A DNA stretch of 48,658 nt, the filler included, from Basidiobolus ranarum (taxonomy: Eukaryota): the NCBI GenBank assembly GCA_040143965.1. It is 2 parts of 2 records of this genome, joined end to end, with 100 filler letters (N's around TTAATTAATTAA, not from the genome) between each part and the next. Parts side by side here need not be neighbours in the genome. Positions count along the whole stretch, not along the records: positions 1 to 24,314 come from JASJQH010007031.1; positions 24,415 to 48,658 come from JASJQH010007032.1. One strand, written 5' to 3'. Numbering within the stretch: the first letter of the stretch is position 1; each line of letters begins with the position of its first letter. A model generated the notes under the pieces. That model saw only the letters and a list, made by a program, of their open reading frames with translations. It made no database searches and was not told where the DNA came from. This document shows, in pieces, positions 23,765 to 36,236 of this stretch. The position numbers and the translations under genes are program-made.

Positions 23765-24314
23765 TTGATACTATCCATCATATCTGGACCTAAATTTCCA
23801 TTGCTTATAGATAGCTTCTTGGAGCCTTTGATTGCAGAATTTGAACAGTTACCTAATGGGGTTCAGATAGGTGAATATTTTATTAAAGCTGCTGTCATTG
23901 TATGTATTGGTGACACTCCTGCCATCAGTAAACTTGGATGTTTTTGTGGGCACAATGAACTATGTTGTTGTAGATTTTGTCAAATCAATGGAGTTTACGC
24001 AAACAGTCATACACATTACTACTATCCAAATACAACACTAAACTTCATGAATTTACCATTGAGAGCCCGGTCATATTTCAATATGATCACTGATATCAAT
24101 TCACCAAATAGTCAGTCTAATATCAAACTTGGTATTATCCTTAAGCCTAAGATTATATTGCTAAAAGGGATCAGCTGGAGCCAGAGCTTCCCATTAGGCA
24201 CTATGCACTTACTATTTAACAACATTCCAATACTACTTACTCAGCTATATAGAGGAAAATTCAATATGAATGAGCCATTTGCAATAGGATCAAAGTTTGA
24301 ATTGATTGGGAAAA
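23765..24314 (+). mobile_element. CACTA/EnSpm-type Tnp2 (Transposase_21-like) fragment, central catalytic portion, cut by the gap
   Basis: GPKFP..IDSFLEPLIAE, GDTPAISKL..F.GHN..CCCRFCQI, TMHLLFNNI. Confidence 0.85.
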
Positions 24315-24414
24315 NNNNNNNNNNNNNNNNNNNNNNNNNNNNNNNNNNNNNNNNNNNNTTAATTAATTAANNNNNNNNNNNNNNNNNNNNNNNNNNNNNN
24401 NNNNNNNNNNNNNN
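24315..24414. other. Assembly gap: 100-nt N run with TTAATTAATTAA six-frame stop linker
   Basis: Directly visible; artificial scaffolding spacer. Confidence 0.98.
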
Positions 24415-25992
24415 ATAACTTATATTTACACATAAACCTCTTGGATTATATGTAAGTTTGTATAAGTTCTGATCCTTTTCTCCCGAAGCTAAATAATTCC
24501 CATTTTGATCAATGATGGTGCATCCTGACTTATCAAAATTGAATTTTAGCCCTTCTGAGGTGGCCTTGCATACAGATATTAAATTCTTGGCAATATCTGC
24601 AACATGTAGTGCATCCTTAAAAGTATACACTTTTGCTTTAGAAGCACCAGTTAAATTGACTTGAATTGTTCCCATTCCAATGACATCCAAAGTATGTTCA
24701 TCTCCCATGAAAACCTTTCTAATTGGGATTTCTTCAAAATTCACCAACCAATTCTTGTCATTTGTGAAGTGTTGGGAGGCTCCAGAGTCAATATACAATG
24801 TCTGAGAATCCTTGTTGGTGGTCATAGATAGAGCTGATATGAACAAGGGATCTTCTTTTATAACCACATTTCCAGATTCAGTATGCTTTTCTTCTTCTGC
24901 AATTCTTTTAGAGCAATCTTTTCTTAAATGGCCAGTTCTTTTACAGTAATCCCAAAATTTGTCACTTTTCTTCTTAAAGTACTTTAGACTTTTATAGGAA
25001 AGTTTTCCATTGCCTATCAAAACTTATTCTTCATTCTTTTAGTTGGATCCTAATTTGTGTAAATTTTCATCCAGGAGTCAGCCAAATACACAATTTAAGG
25101 TCATATATTCGGTTCTTGATTTTAGAGCCATTACTAGGCTCTGAAACTCATGTGGCTGGCTATTCAGGACTGTACCTATGATATCCTGCTCAGTAGCAGA
25201 TACTCCAATGCATTCCATTTAATCCACTAAAATAGTGACTCCATTAATTAGTAATCTAATGCCTTCTCCTGGCTGCATCTTCAAGTTAAAAAATTGTCTT
25301 CTTAGAAACATCTTGTTAGTAGCGGAACATGCTTAGTAGGTATGTTCCCAGGTTTTCCAATACTTCTTGGCAGTTTGGCTCTTGAACATTGAATTAGCAA
25401 TTTGTGTTTAACATTAATTCAAATAGTATTAAAGGCACTTGGTTCTTTTTAAACCTGGAGCAAAACTTTGGTTTTAGATAGTTAAACATTGTTTTCTCTT
25501 CTACAACAGTGTCCCAAAATTCTTTTGCTTACAGCAGCATTCTCATTTTAATTTTCCAAACTTGTTAATTGGTTCAATCCAATTTTTCAAAAGTTCCATA
25601 TATTTGAGAAGTAGACATTATAGAGAGTGCAAGATCAGTGCTCATAACCTGTTGAAATATTTGGGAGGCTTTTGGAAGTGGCTTGGTGAATTAGAGAAAT
25701 TGGTGGTTTGCACTGGTTCATTTATTGAATAGAAAGTTGATATTTATAGTTTTGTCAAGATGTAGACAAACTAACATGTTAAATGTGTTAAGGAGGTTCC
25801 CAGGAACATGTGTGCAAAGTTTGGAGCTTCTAGCACAAGTTATCAAAGTCTATATATCTGAGAACTACTAAGTTGGTAAAAAAATTCCAAGTCATCATGT
25901 GAATCGTAGGTGATATTTTAGTTCAATATAGGATAACTAAATACTAAGCTTTATATGACTATATAGTTGTTTAGGCAATGCTAATTTCAACA
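24415..25992 (-). mobile_element. Ty1/copia LTR retrotransposon relic: 5' LTR, PBS, gag, zinc knuckle, protease; truncated at the gap
   Basis: LTR 25650-25992 with TGTTGAAAT..ATTTCAACA termini; PBS GGTTATGAGC directly inside; gag from ATG 25618 with stops (EKLD*TN*QVWKIKMRMLL*AKEFWD); knuckle wDYCKRTGHLRKDC; protease YIDSGASQH; LHVADIAKNLISV. Confidence 0.93.
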
Positions 25993-26618
25993 TATTGGCC
26001 TAATTTCAGTGTTAGAATCAGTACTTTCTTCTTCAGAAGTCTCTACTTCTTCATCTGATCAAAATACTTTCAAGGTATGTTTCTCTTGGAAATCTTAGAG
26101 CAGATACAAAAGTAAGTACTTCGTTTGTTGTATTTTTGAAAATCAAGATTTTCTTACATTTGCATCATAAATACAAATTCTAATCAGTCTAACTGGACAA
26201 GCACAGTAAGCCGTACTCATAAACTTTAGTGAACTCTTAAGTATAATAATGATAGAGGTATGTTTGCGGGTGCATACTGGATAATATCCAGCCATGAGAC
26301 GCTAAGTACTCAGTTGGTACTTTGCACTCATGATGATTTTTACTGTATATTTTTCACCTTGATTAAGCTGAAATATCCAAGAGTTCGAAATTAAGACTAG
26401 CATTATTTATCCATCAAATTTACATATATGGCCAAACATCAGAATGATCAAGATAATTGGATGAGAGCAGGGGAGGGGAGGTCGGTGGGTAGGGGTGAAA
26501 ATCGAACCTTTTTCACAGGACCAATAAATGGATAATTTGTTTTATACTCTATTGAATGGATCACCAGCGGGTTGAAACTCATATGATGATACTCTTTTAC
26601 AACTTTTAAATACAAAGT

Positions 26619-28332
26619 ATGCCGGAAGAAACCATAACTTTGACACCTTCCGTGATATCTTCCTTTAAAGTTGCCAGAACTTTTCGTGATGTGTCAAGGC
26701 CTACGACTTCCGTAAACTTTGACGATCAAGGAGAGTATTGTGTGGTTGCTTCAGCAGATGATAGTATACGTTTGTACGATTGCTTAGGTGGAAAGTAAGT
26801 GGAGCTCTGAAGTTAATCCCCACTCTACATGTTCCGTTCACTCACCTGAAATTTCTCTTTATCTAGACACAGTAAAACAGTATTTAGCAAACGTTATGGG
26901 GTACACCTTGCGCGATTCACACATCACCAAAATAATATCCTCCACTCCTCTACGCGTGAAGAAGGTAAGTGGACATGTGATAATACTCCGATAGCCTTGA
27001 ATATGTACTAAAGAGAAATATTGAAGATGCTGTAAGATATTTATCTCTACACGATAACAAATATATCCGATTCTTCCGGGGACATAAGCGCCGGTAAGAA
27101 TATTAGAGGTCTAACGTTTGATACTTTAGTTTCTTACGAATGTTTGTACTACTTAGGGTAGTGGCTTTGGACATGTCTCCTTTGGATGATCAATTTCTTT
27201 CTGGTAGTATAGATGGCACCGTACGTTTATGGGATTTACGCACTCCTAATTGCACGGTGAGACCATTGATGATATGTAGTTGGGAACTTCACCAAGGATA
27301 CTAACGTCGTTTACTCCAATAGGGAATAGTCAATACAACTGGTCGTCCTTGTGTGGCATTTGACCCCTCTGGAGTGATCTTTGCTACCGGCTTGGAGTCG
27401 GCTACCATTCGATTATACGATTTAAATAATTATGATAAGGTAGATTATTTTGGCATTAAATCAAGATGATTACAGCAGTTGATGAAGTCTCTTGATAGGG
27501 ACCTTTTGCTACGTTCTTAACGCAGGAAGTGTTGAGTAAGATGCCTGGCTATATCCCAGCAGAGTGGACGTCTATTAAGTTTAGTCAAGATGGGGCGTTT
27601 CTGTTGGTAACAACGACTGGAGATATTCATTACGTTTTAGATGCCTTTAATGGGGACATTAAGCATCAGTTAACTGGCCATCATCGACTAGGTATTGATG
27701 GCGGTGAGGAAGCAGGGTTTAGCCCTGATGGTAAAACTGTTTATTCAGGTATTTGAATAAGCATACTACATATATGTGAATTCATTAATAATGTGACTTT
27801 TAGGATCGCATAATGGAACAATATGCTTTTGGGATCTTCAAAACCCCACTCCTAATGGGCGTCCCGCCAAGGTCTTGCAAGGACATGTAGCACCAGTTAA
27901 AGTAGTTGGCTTCAATCACAAGTACGCTATGATGGTTTCAGCAGGATTGAATTGTGAGATGGTAAGTAACGTCACCTATACCATAACCGTCATTCATTAT
28001 CAGTTCGACCAAAGTTCCCTGCCCCTTCCAAGTTATGAAGGTTTGGTGGTTTTATTGAGCGTCGTAAAGCAAGCCAGAACCCAAAGATTCGTGAATCATT
28101 TGTGTTCGAGTTTGGCAACCGCCGTTTCACTTAACTCGTATCAATAGTCCCATCCGATCTCTTTGCATCTTGCATTGACATCAGATTCCTCTATGGCTAT
28201 GATATGATTATGGAACGAGACATATCCTTCCTTTTACTACTTTTAACAATGCTGACCAAGTTTCCTTTTCTATGTCTTTAGGCATTTTGGGAGCCTGAAA
28301 ATCGACCCGCTGGCTTTGGAGAGCGTAGGTGA
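26619..28332 (+). CDS. SWD2: WD40 protein Swd2/WDR82 (COMPASS and termination complexes), multi-exon
   Basis: [83 protein letters not shown]; last exon AFWEP at 28282-28332. Confidence 0.95.
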
Positions 28333-28718
28333 AAGCAGATGTAACGAATATTGTAGAAATCAATGTACATCCGGTACTATTCTTAAATTACCTAGAGTGT
28401 TATTGTCATAACATAGTTGGGGGCTGAATCTGTGAGTTCTTATCCAACGCCCTCCTCATGCCCTTCATCTGTGAGAAACACGTGAAGCACTGTTGAAATA
28501 TCAATAAACCATCAATAAACAATTCCTGTTGGTTTTAACCTTTTAACCAATTTAAGAGGACCAGTGTCAAAATCATACCATCATGAGCTTTAACTTGTCA
28601 CGAGGAACGTGTGTGAAGTGCATTGTCCTTATATGCTCCTAAACCCATCTCGTGAAATATTATCCGAATACCTTTCAGCGATTGCTAATTACAATGCATG
28701 TGTAAATAGGATTCACTT

Positions 28719-28725
28719 TGACTCA
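28719..28725 (+). promoter_or_regulatory. Gcn4/CpcA response element (TGACTCA) upstream of ARG2
   Basis: Exact core ~270 nt upstream of an arginine-biosynthesis gene. Confidence 0.5.
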
Positions 28726-28997
28726 CCATCTAAGCCATCGAAGTAACACCGCGATGAAATTGTAAAATAATTCCAACTTAATCAGGAAGATCAATTGGTT
28801 ATCGCTTCCACCTGCTTAATTTTTCCCATCGAATGCTTATTTTTATCATATATTGAACCCCGTTGAAAGGGTCATCTTCACAAATCAATCGACACTGTAC
28901 ACGACGTGTGTGTATTTTTTTTACTTTCCAACCTAACCATACTTCCCAATTATTGAAATATCTTTCTTAATAACCGGAGTGTTGAAGTGGAGATCTT

Positions 28998-30892
28998 ATG
29001 TTTAGAAACTTCGTTCGTTTCAACCCAACCTTAAGACATGGTGGGCTCCTTCGACTCACCGCCTATGGTAAACAGCATAGAACTTACCTTTCGGTGAATA
29101 ATTTATATAAAGTAAGAAAGCAGAAAACCTTCATAAAGCATACATTAGCCTGACTTTATTTTCTTTGTGCTATTTGTTTTTAGAAATCGGAAGTAAAGGA
29201 CTCTTCACAAGAACAAAAGAAGTCTTCTCATTTTGAAGAGAGGGTATGAATATTTGTAAATACCTATCCTGGAATTCGTCCTGACTCTAACTTGTTCCTT
29301 TACCTTTCTCATTCACTCACTCATTTCACCTTGAAACTTATTTAGGACCTGATTTATGAAGTACTAAGCACTGTACCTAGTCAACGTGAAGCCAGACATT
29401 TTCTTCGTCGGTTTGTGAATAGTAAAGAAAGCGAAGTAACTCCACGGTCTTTACAATACGTGGATACATTATTGACTCAAGAGAAACAACGATTCTTCGG
29501 ATTAATCAAGATTCAAGGACCTTTTGATGAGACATTATTCCATACCATAGCACCTACTTTAGTCCAATTAAAGCGATTAGGTCTAATGCCAATCGTATTG
29601 TTGGATCATAATTTGGTAGAAAGTGAATGGATACAAGAACAGGAAGTTGAGAAATCGGAATTATGGAAGGAATTGGCATCAAAGGAAGCCTTGAAATTGG
29701 TGGATGCTATTGAACATGTGGGTGGTAGAGCTCGTATATTAGATGATCAAGTATTCTTCGTAAACAATACAAACGAATCCTCTACTCAAGTGATGCCTTC
29801 TTCAAATATCATGCTCAATCCCAAAGATAAGGAGAATCAATTGAACGTAAATTTGAATGGAATTTTGAAATGTTTGGAAATGGAACAAATTCCGGTGGTC
29901 ATCCCTATGGGTACCACCCATACTTCAATCTCCAAACTACTCAAATCTGATTCAGCCATGATTGGAATCTCTCGAGCGTTAGGTCAGAGCCAAGATGTAG
30001 AGACAGCGGCTCAGACATCAGTCAAATTAATGATCATCAACAAAGAAGGTGGCATTCCTTCACCCCACGGTACCATTGGATTCATCAACTTGCAAGACGA
30101 ATACACGGAGATTTTGAATGATTTACAGACGGAACCAACATCCACTGTATCCAAGCGCTACGTGGCCACCTTGAACATGGTGAAAGAGAGTTTGGAGAAC
30201 CTCCCAGTAGATAGTTCAGCCATCATGGTCCCTGCTAAATCTTCCAAACTATTGATCTCTAATTGGATAAGAGACAAACCTCTGTATTCCATCTCTCTCC
30301 CCAAATGGCAGAACTCCCAAGTGACTTCCAGTGTGATACGTCGTGGGTTTGAGGTGAGAATCTTCCGGGGCTTGGAAGGTTTAGATGTTGAAAAGTTGAA
30401 CAACCTGTTGGAATTGGCCTTTGCTAAATCGTTAGATAAAGAGAATTTCTGGAATCGAGTGAAGTCTTGTCTTTCTTCAGTGATCGTCGCTGGAGATTAT
30501 CAAGGCGCAGCTATTGTTACTAAGGAGCATCAGATGCATCCCTATTTAGATAAGTTCGCAGTTGACCCAAAAAAGCAAGGTGGAGGGGTTGCGGATATTC
30601 TATGGAAGAAATTGACCTCTACCTATCCGGAGCTAACTTGGAGAAGTAGAAAAGATAATGGGGTGAACAAATGGTAAATATCGTTCTTTTTAGATTACTT
30701 ATCGAAGATTGTATGATTGTATATTTATTATGGTGATACTTCAGGTACTTTGAGCGAAGCGATGGGAATGTACGAATTCCCGATACTAATTGGGTGCTAT
30801 TCTGGTATGGTCGGAAAGGAATCGAAAATTTGGATGAATATTATGAAATAGCAAAGCATATCCCACCATCATTCAACACTGTTAAGCATTAG
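28998..30892 (+). CDS. ARG2: Mitochondrial amino-acid N-acetyltransferase (N-acetylglutamate synthase), 4 exons
   Basis: Arg-rich presequence, VLSTVPSQREARHFL, KLMIINKEGGIPS, FINLQDEY, NAT domain VIVAGDYQGAAI..YLDKFAV..GVADILW..WRSRKDNGVNKWYFERSDG. Confidence 0.92.
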
Positions 30893-31447
30893 ATCCCCCC
30901 ATCCACAAAATACATGTAATTAAACCTCGTGTTTTAGAGTTATACTAGTCCTACACGACAGCCTCAACCCCTTTTAATGTTCGAATATTATTAATCCGAT
31001 TACTACGGAAGATCCATACAATAAGAAATTGTGTTGGAAAGGCGAAGAATGGATATCCGTAATTCGGAATTCGGAAGATCTGTGACCGGAGAAATGGAAA
31101 TTAGCTCAATGAGAGAGTTACCAAATAAGGCAAACATATGCATATACAGTAAATTTGTGCAATGAAGTAGTGATGGAATATTTGTATCAGTGTTTATTAG
31201 AAGATTAGATATTGAATATTCCTGCATCACTCTTTTATATTATACTCAAATTAAGGAATATCTCGGCTAACCGGCTTACAAATCTCTCCAGGAAAAGGGA
31301 TTTTTCGAAGCGGGTAAGTTATGGCACATGCTAGAAATCGGGCAACAAAATGAGCTTGAAAGTATATATATTCATGAGGTGTGTATGGTAAGTTGTTGAT
31401 AAACTTTGAAACTTTCTTGAATTGTAAATTTAATTGATTCCTTTAAG

Positions 31448-32008
31448 ATGGATTTTCGTAAAGTTCGTAGATGGGTATCGAACCCATTCGGTAACAAAAC
31501 GGATAAGCGTAGATTTCAAAAGAACAAGAGATCTAACACTGACTTACGGAGAAGGAATACTATTGCTGGGGATTCGGTGCCGACCGTGAACGATATTAGT
31601 GTGGATTTTACTCGACCAGTATCCCTCACTATTCCACGCTCTTCCCCCTCTAACGCTATCACAATGGACCGTCATTACGCGAGTCCAACAAACTCTGGTC
31701 TTTGCTTGGAGCCATTAGAAATACATACCCCCGCTGCACCACCCAATTCCCCCATTTCCAACTCTGAAATTGCAAACTTTCAGCTACTACTGGAAAGTCA
31801 AGAACAAAACAACATACAACAACCTAGTCGTTCACACGGTTACAAAACCAAATTCTCCGGAAAACTAAAACGAATGAAGGGAATGTTCACGGGTGACTGG
31901 GAAATGCAAGTACGTGGTGAGATGGAACTTCTTAATGGTGAAGCAGAAATAACTGCTTATCGCTTGTTAAAGCACGGTTACCAACCTAACGAGATTGTTT
32001 GTGGTTAA
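31448..32008 (+). CDS. Hypothetical 186-aa protein, largely disordered
   Basis: Single-exon ORF flanked by AT-rich DNA; basic N-terminus with RRRNT, Pro/Ser-rich middle. Confidence 0.65.
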   Translation: MDFRKVRRWVSNPFGNKTDKRRFQKNKRSNTDLRRRNTIAGDSVPTVNDISVDFTRPVSLTIPRSSPSNAITMDRHYASPTNSGLCLEPLEIHTPAAPPNSPISNSEIANFQLLLESQEQNNIQQPSRSHGYKTKFSGKLKRMKGMFTGDWEMQVRGEMELLNGEAEITAYRLLKHGYQPNEIVCG

Positions 32009-32409
32009 TGATGTAATATTGAATTTTTTTTATATTTATACCTTTAGTTTAATTTAATGTAATTTATGTACGATCGATTGGTTTCTTCTGTAATATATAT
32101 CATTTCTCTCATGTATGTTGTGAATATCACTTTCATAATAATAGATATGAATCGTACGCTTTTAAGGATGTATATTAATAAATATCCATTTTGTGGGGTT
32201 AAATGATGCATTTTTAGTCATTGATTGATATTTAAGTTTCTAAGCCAATAATGTCTAGGAATTCTTGGTTGATGTAAAAAAAGGCATGTTTATGAATGAA
32301 CTGTACAAGATGAGTTGTATTTAACAAATTGATGACCAAACAAAGAGTTCTCATTTGAATGCAAGTTAAAATCATGTAAGGATGATGTAATAACGCATGG
32401 GATATAGAA

Positions 32410-35174
32410 TTATCCTTTGGAATTGTAAACTTGCCATGAATGTGCTGCAGAGTCGTATTTTGAGGGAGTTGTAGCTTGAGCCATGGGATGATAATGCAAT
32501 GGAATAAAATTGCTTGGCGCTGTAGTATTTGAAATAGATTGTGAATTGGGTGGTGCTGAAAAGAACTGGTGATCAAATTCCCCTATACGACTGGTGATAG
32601 GCATTCCTTTCTTGGGAGATACGAATGGAGGCGAGTGTATATGAGTGGTCTGTGCAGATATGTTACTTTGGCCACCATTACTTACCGGGGTTGGAGGACT
32701 GATGTTTCTAGAATATTGACCAACATACTCATTCCATTCATCGAAATCAAAGGAAAGAGGTACATTCCATATTGGGGCGCCATTGGAGTTATCGAATTGG
32801 TTGATGAGATGTTGATTATTTACAGTCATCTCGCTCAGAGTGTTCGAAGGAGTACTTGGATCGAAGCCCACATTGGTTATTGCTCCAGAAATACCATAGG
32901 ATTCAGGTAAAGGTGTCAAGCTGCTTTGATGTGGAAGTTCCATTTCCCCATTTGACTGGTTACTTTGCTTGATGAAAGTGGGATCTTGAAGGGAATAGAA
33001 GAAATTGATTTAGCGCAGAGATGATGAAATTGAGAATTTTTCTCACCCTTACCTTTAAGCATAGTATTGGAAAGTCCATTCTGATTTAAATATCGGCTAT
33101 CTGGTGTAATGTTGGGAATATTTTCTGGGATCGAATGGGCCACAGTCGCTGGGAGATGTCCATCCCGACTAAAAGATATGCTGGGGGTATTCGTTGGAGT
33201 TTCTGAATGTGTAGTTGATCTTGCTCCTTCCTCGTCTTCATAAAATGATGAATTTTTTTCAGCATTATCAGAAGTGGAACGAGATACGTTTTCAGGAATC
33301 CCTCCATGTATGCTGATATTTCTAGCTATCAGAAGCTCTCTCAGAACAATATAGTATTTTCCGGCACAACCCCAGCGTTTTCGAATCTTACCCAGTAAAA
33401 TCATGTCTTTGGTGAGGTTCTTCTTGGCCAAGTTTGCAAGTCGTATATCCTTTGTTGTCATATTTGTCAGATGAACAGTGGCCGCTGTAAAGATCGGGAA
33501 TAGTATAAAAACCAACACCTCCTCAAGCCCAGGCTCTCCTGAGCATATATATGTGATGGCTGTGATACTATTGGCCGATGTAGTGCAGATCTGAAGAGAA
33601 GGATACGGTGAAGTATTAACTCGAGAGTTGGGGTTTGGTATGTAAGGTCGATGGAGCAGAATAAGCGCGCTATGATATAGAACGTGAAGATACACAACAA
33701 AATTCGAGGCGGGCTTCTTACCACTGAAGTATTCTTGCGGACTATACTGAAGATTGGAAGGTAATTCTACTAGCCATTTGTGTAGAGCTGAATCTAGATC
33801 AAGCAAGATCTCTTCACTTTTGAAAGGATTTTGTGTAGGATGAGCTCGTATGGCATAAACGTTATTCATGATTCTGCCAATGATTTCGTGTAATTTAGTC
33901 ACTTCCACAAATACATCCATGCGTATACCAGAGTTAACGGACTCTTCATGTTCTGGAGAGTTCTCAGTCAGTACAGTATTATCAAGTTGAGGTAATGAAG
34001 TATCACAATGCCTATCGTCGATGCACAAAGGTCTGCCCATGCAAGCACTGGCATTACGATCCATGATGTAGCATGACCACCAAGTTCTTTTTCGTGCTTC
34101 TTTGAGGGCGTGGGACAGTGTCTTAATCTGCCACCGGTCAGGGTTTCGATGAAGCCCTAAATCCTCGGCCAAGCGTATAGCCATACCACTGTATACCCAG
34201 GATTTCATACTTCCATGAGTAATGTGGAAGTAATGAGATAACAAAACCAATGCTTGAACATTTTCGAGTGAGGTCACATCATATGATTGATCCAACAGTT
34301 TTTTGGCCCGTTTATAGAATACTTCCGAGCGAGCATTCTCCTGTTCTAACCATTGAATTTTTGACGATAGATTGGCAGCAAGGGCAAATATGGCGTTGAG
34401 GAGAAACAGAGGCGGGTCTTGTGTATTATTCTTGAGTTTTGTAGTGAAATTTTCTCTATGTAATAAAGGGATAATGGGGTTGATGTGCTCAAAGTATGTA
34501 TCCAACAAATGCTCAAAAACCGGAGGTATTGGTAAAAGAAAAGGATTTGATTCTGTATCTTCAGAGTCAAGGGGACATTGTGTAAGCGGTTTCATACGAA
34601 ATAAACCATCTTGGTATTTTTCAGTGTTTTGTAAAAGATAAAACCCAGAACTGAAGCCCATATATCGCACTCGACCTTGATCATCTAAAGTAAGTTGGTT
34701 TGCATCGTCACTCAAAGCCTCCATGACAGGGTCCCAAACTCCTCTCTCTGGTGTATTGTTATTGTTAGGACTCTCCATTGAACTGATTGGGGAACTGCTG
34801 TTAGAGTTTAATTCGTTACGTCTTCGTAGTTCGTGGAATTCCGAAGGTCGTGTACGATTTGCTAAACGTAAACGAACATCATCCAAACCTTCAACTTTTT
34901 GTAGTTCAGCCAATACACTTTCAGCTGCTCGGGGGTCACTTTCAACCAAATCACTTAAAAGATGTTCCATTCGATGAAGTTTGTTTTCGATAGCTTCTAT
35001 ATATCCTTTCGGCGGGCCTCTCTTCTTTGAAGTTTCCAAGTATGTACAATAAATGTTTAAGGTTGTACAATTCGAACAGGTGGGTTGTAAACCGTCACAA
35101 CGAACCTTCTTACGTCGACAATTATCACATGCTTTGCTTACTCGTTGCCGTTTTTGAGAGTCTTCTAAAGACAT
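32410..35174 (-). CDS. Zn(II)2Cys6 transcription factor with fungal-specific TF domain; intron 32985-33052, 898 aa
   Basis: ACDNCRRKKVRCDGLQPTCSNC..YC; GMAIRLAEDLGLHR; RKRTWWSCYIMDR..GRP. Splicing joins the 752-aa and 177-aa ORFs in frame; acidic-aromatic WNVPLSFDFDEWNEY near the C-terminus. Confidence 0.95.
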
Positions 35175-36236
35175 TTGGATGTGACTTGGGGTGGGGTAAT
35201 ATTCGAGGTGATTGCTATTACGAGGATGTATTTTGTAAAGTTGTTGGAGGCTATTCTACTTTTTGAGAATAATATATGTATAAAAAGGATAAACTTGAAA
35301 AGTGTTTAAAGGAGAAATACTCCTAAGTTATCTGGGAGATCAAAAAGTAACCCACGAAATGAGAACTGAGAATGGAGTATGAGAGGTTTATAAGTATGCG
35401 GAAATAACGGAGAAATCCATGGATTTGAAAATGATCTGAAATATTTAGATGAAGTCTTGATTCCGTATGCGTATGGTTCTGATAAACGTTTGAAGATATC
35501 TTGGGTTGTTGAAGATTATCTGAGCTAAACTATAGTACAAATGGTATGTATTACTAAAGCAATATCATCTGATCAACTGAGATCAGGGAATGGATTTGCA
35601 TCTACATTTCTAGATGCCACGAACCATTTTGCAATCCGAAGTGTGGCTAGCGCTAGACTTTCTGTGAGGCATTTATGGCTTTATTATTAAGTGTCATTTG
35701 CCCGTTTAAAACGGGACCAGATACGATATATGGCAGGATGTATGGTAGGATATATGGCTAGATATATATACATGGATCACTACAAATCATCAATATAGAA
35801 ATATATTTACCGCATTTGTATGCTCAGATAACTGGTAATGACAATACCTAAAAGGGGTTCGTAGAATGGGTTATCCGTGCTTCAAACAAGCCAGCTCCAA
35901 TCATCTTTTAATATATGACATCAAGCAATATTGGCTAATTTACTTGGAAAGCTGTAACCTGTCCCTACATGCATATAACACATGGCGCAAACAAGTCACC
36001 GATCATATATCATATAGTGACTTTTATTGATGGCTTCGTTTAATCTAAAATAACTCAACATTGAGTCGGTGCTAAACGTCTGTAAAGGTGGGTTTTGTAG
36101 GTGGGTTTTGTTGGGAATTATAATTATTTACAAAGTTACGTGCATACTAGAAATGAACCCAGTTAGCTATGCTGTGTATATGCTCGCAGTCTAATAAGAT
36201 AGAAATGAACTGTTCTCCTTGATGTTCTCCACACCA

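Noticed and set aside
24359-24370. Perfect palindrome TTAATTAATTAA terminating ORFs on both strands
   Set aside because: Artificial six-frame stop linker inside an N gap
32410-32943. Separate 177-aa gene or programmed frameshift after the Zn2Cys6 ORF
   Set aside because: It is the last exon, joined by intron 32985-33052
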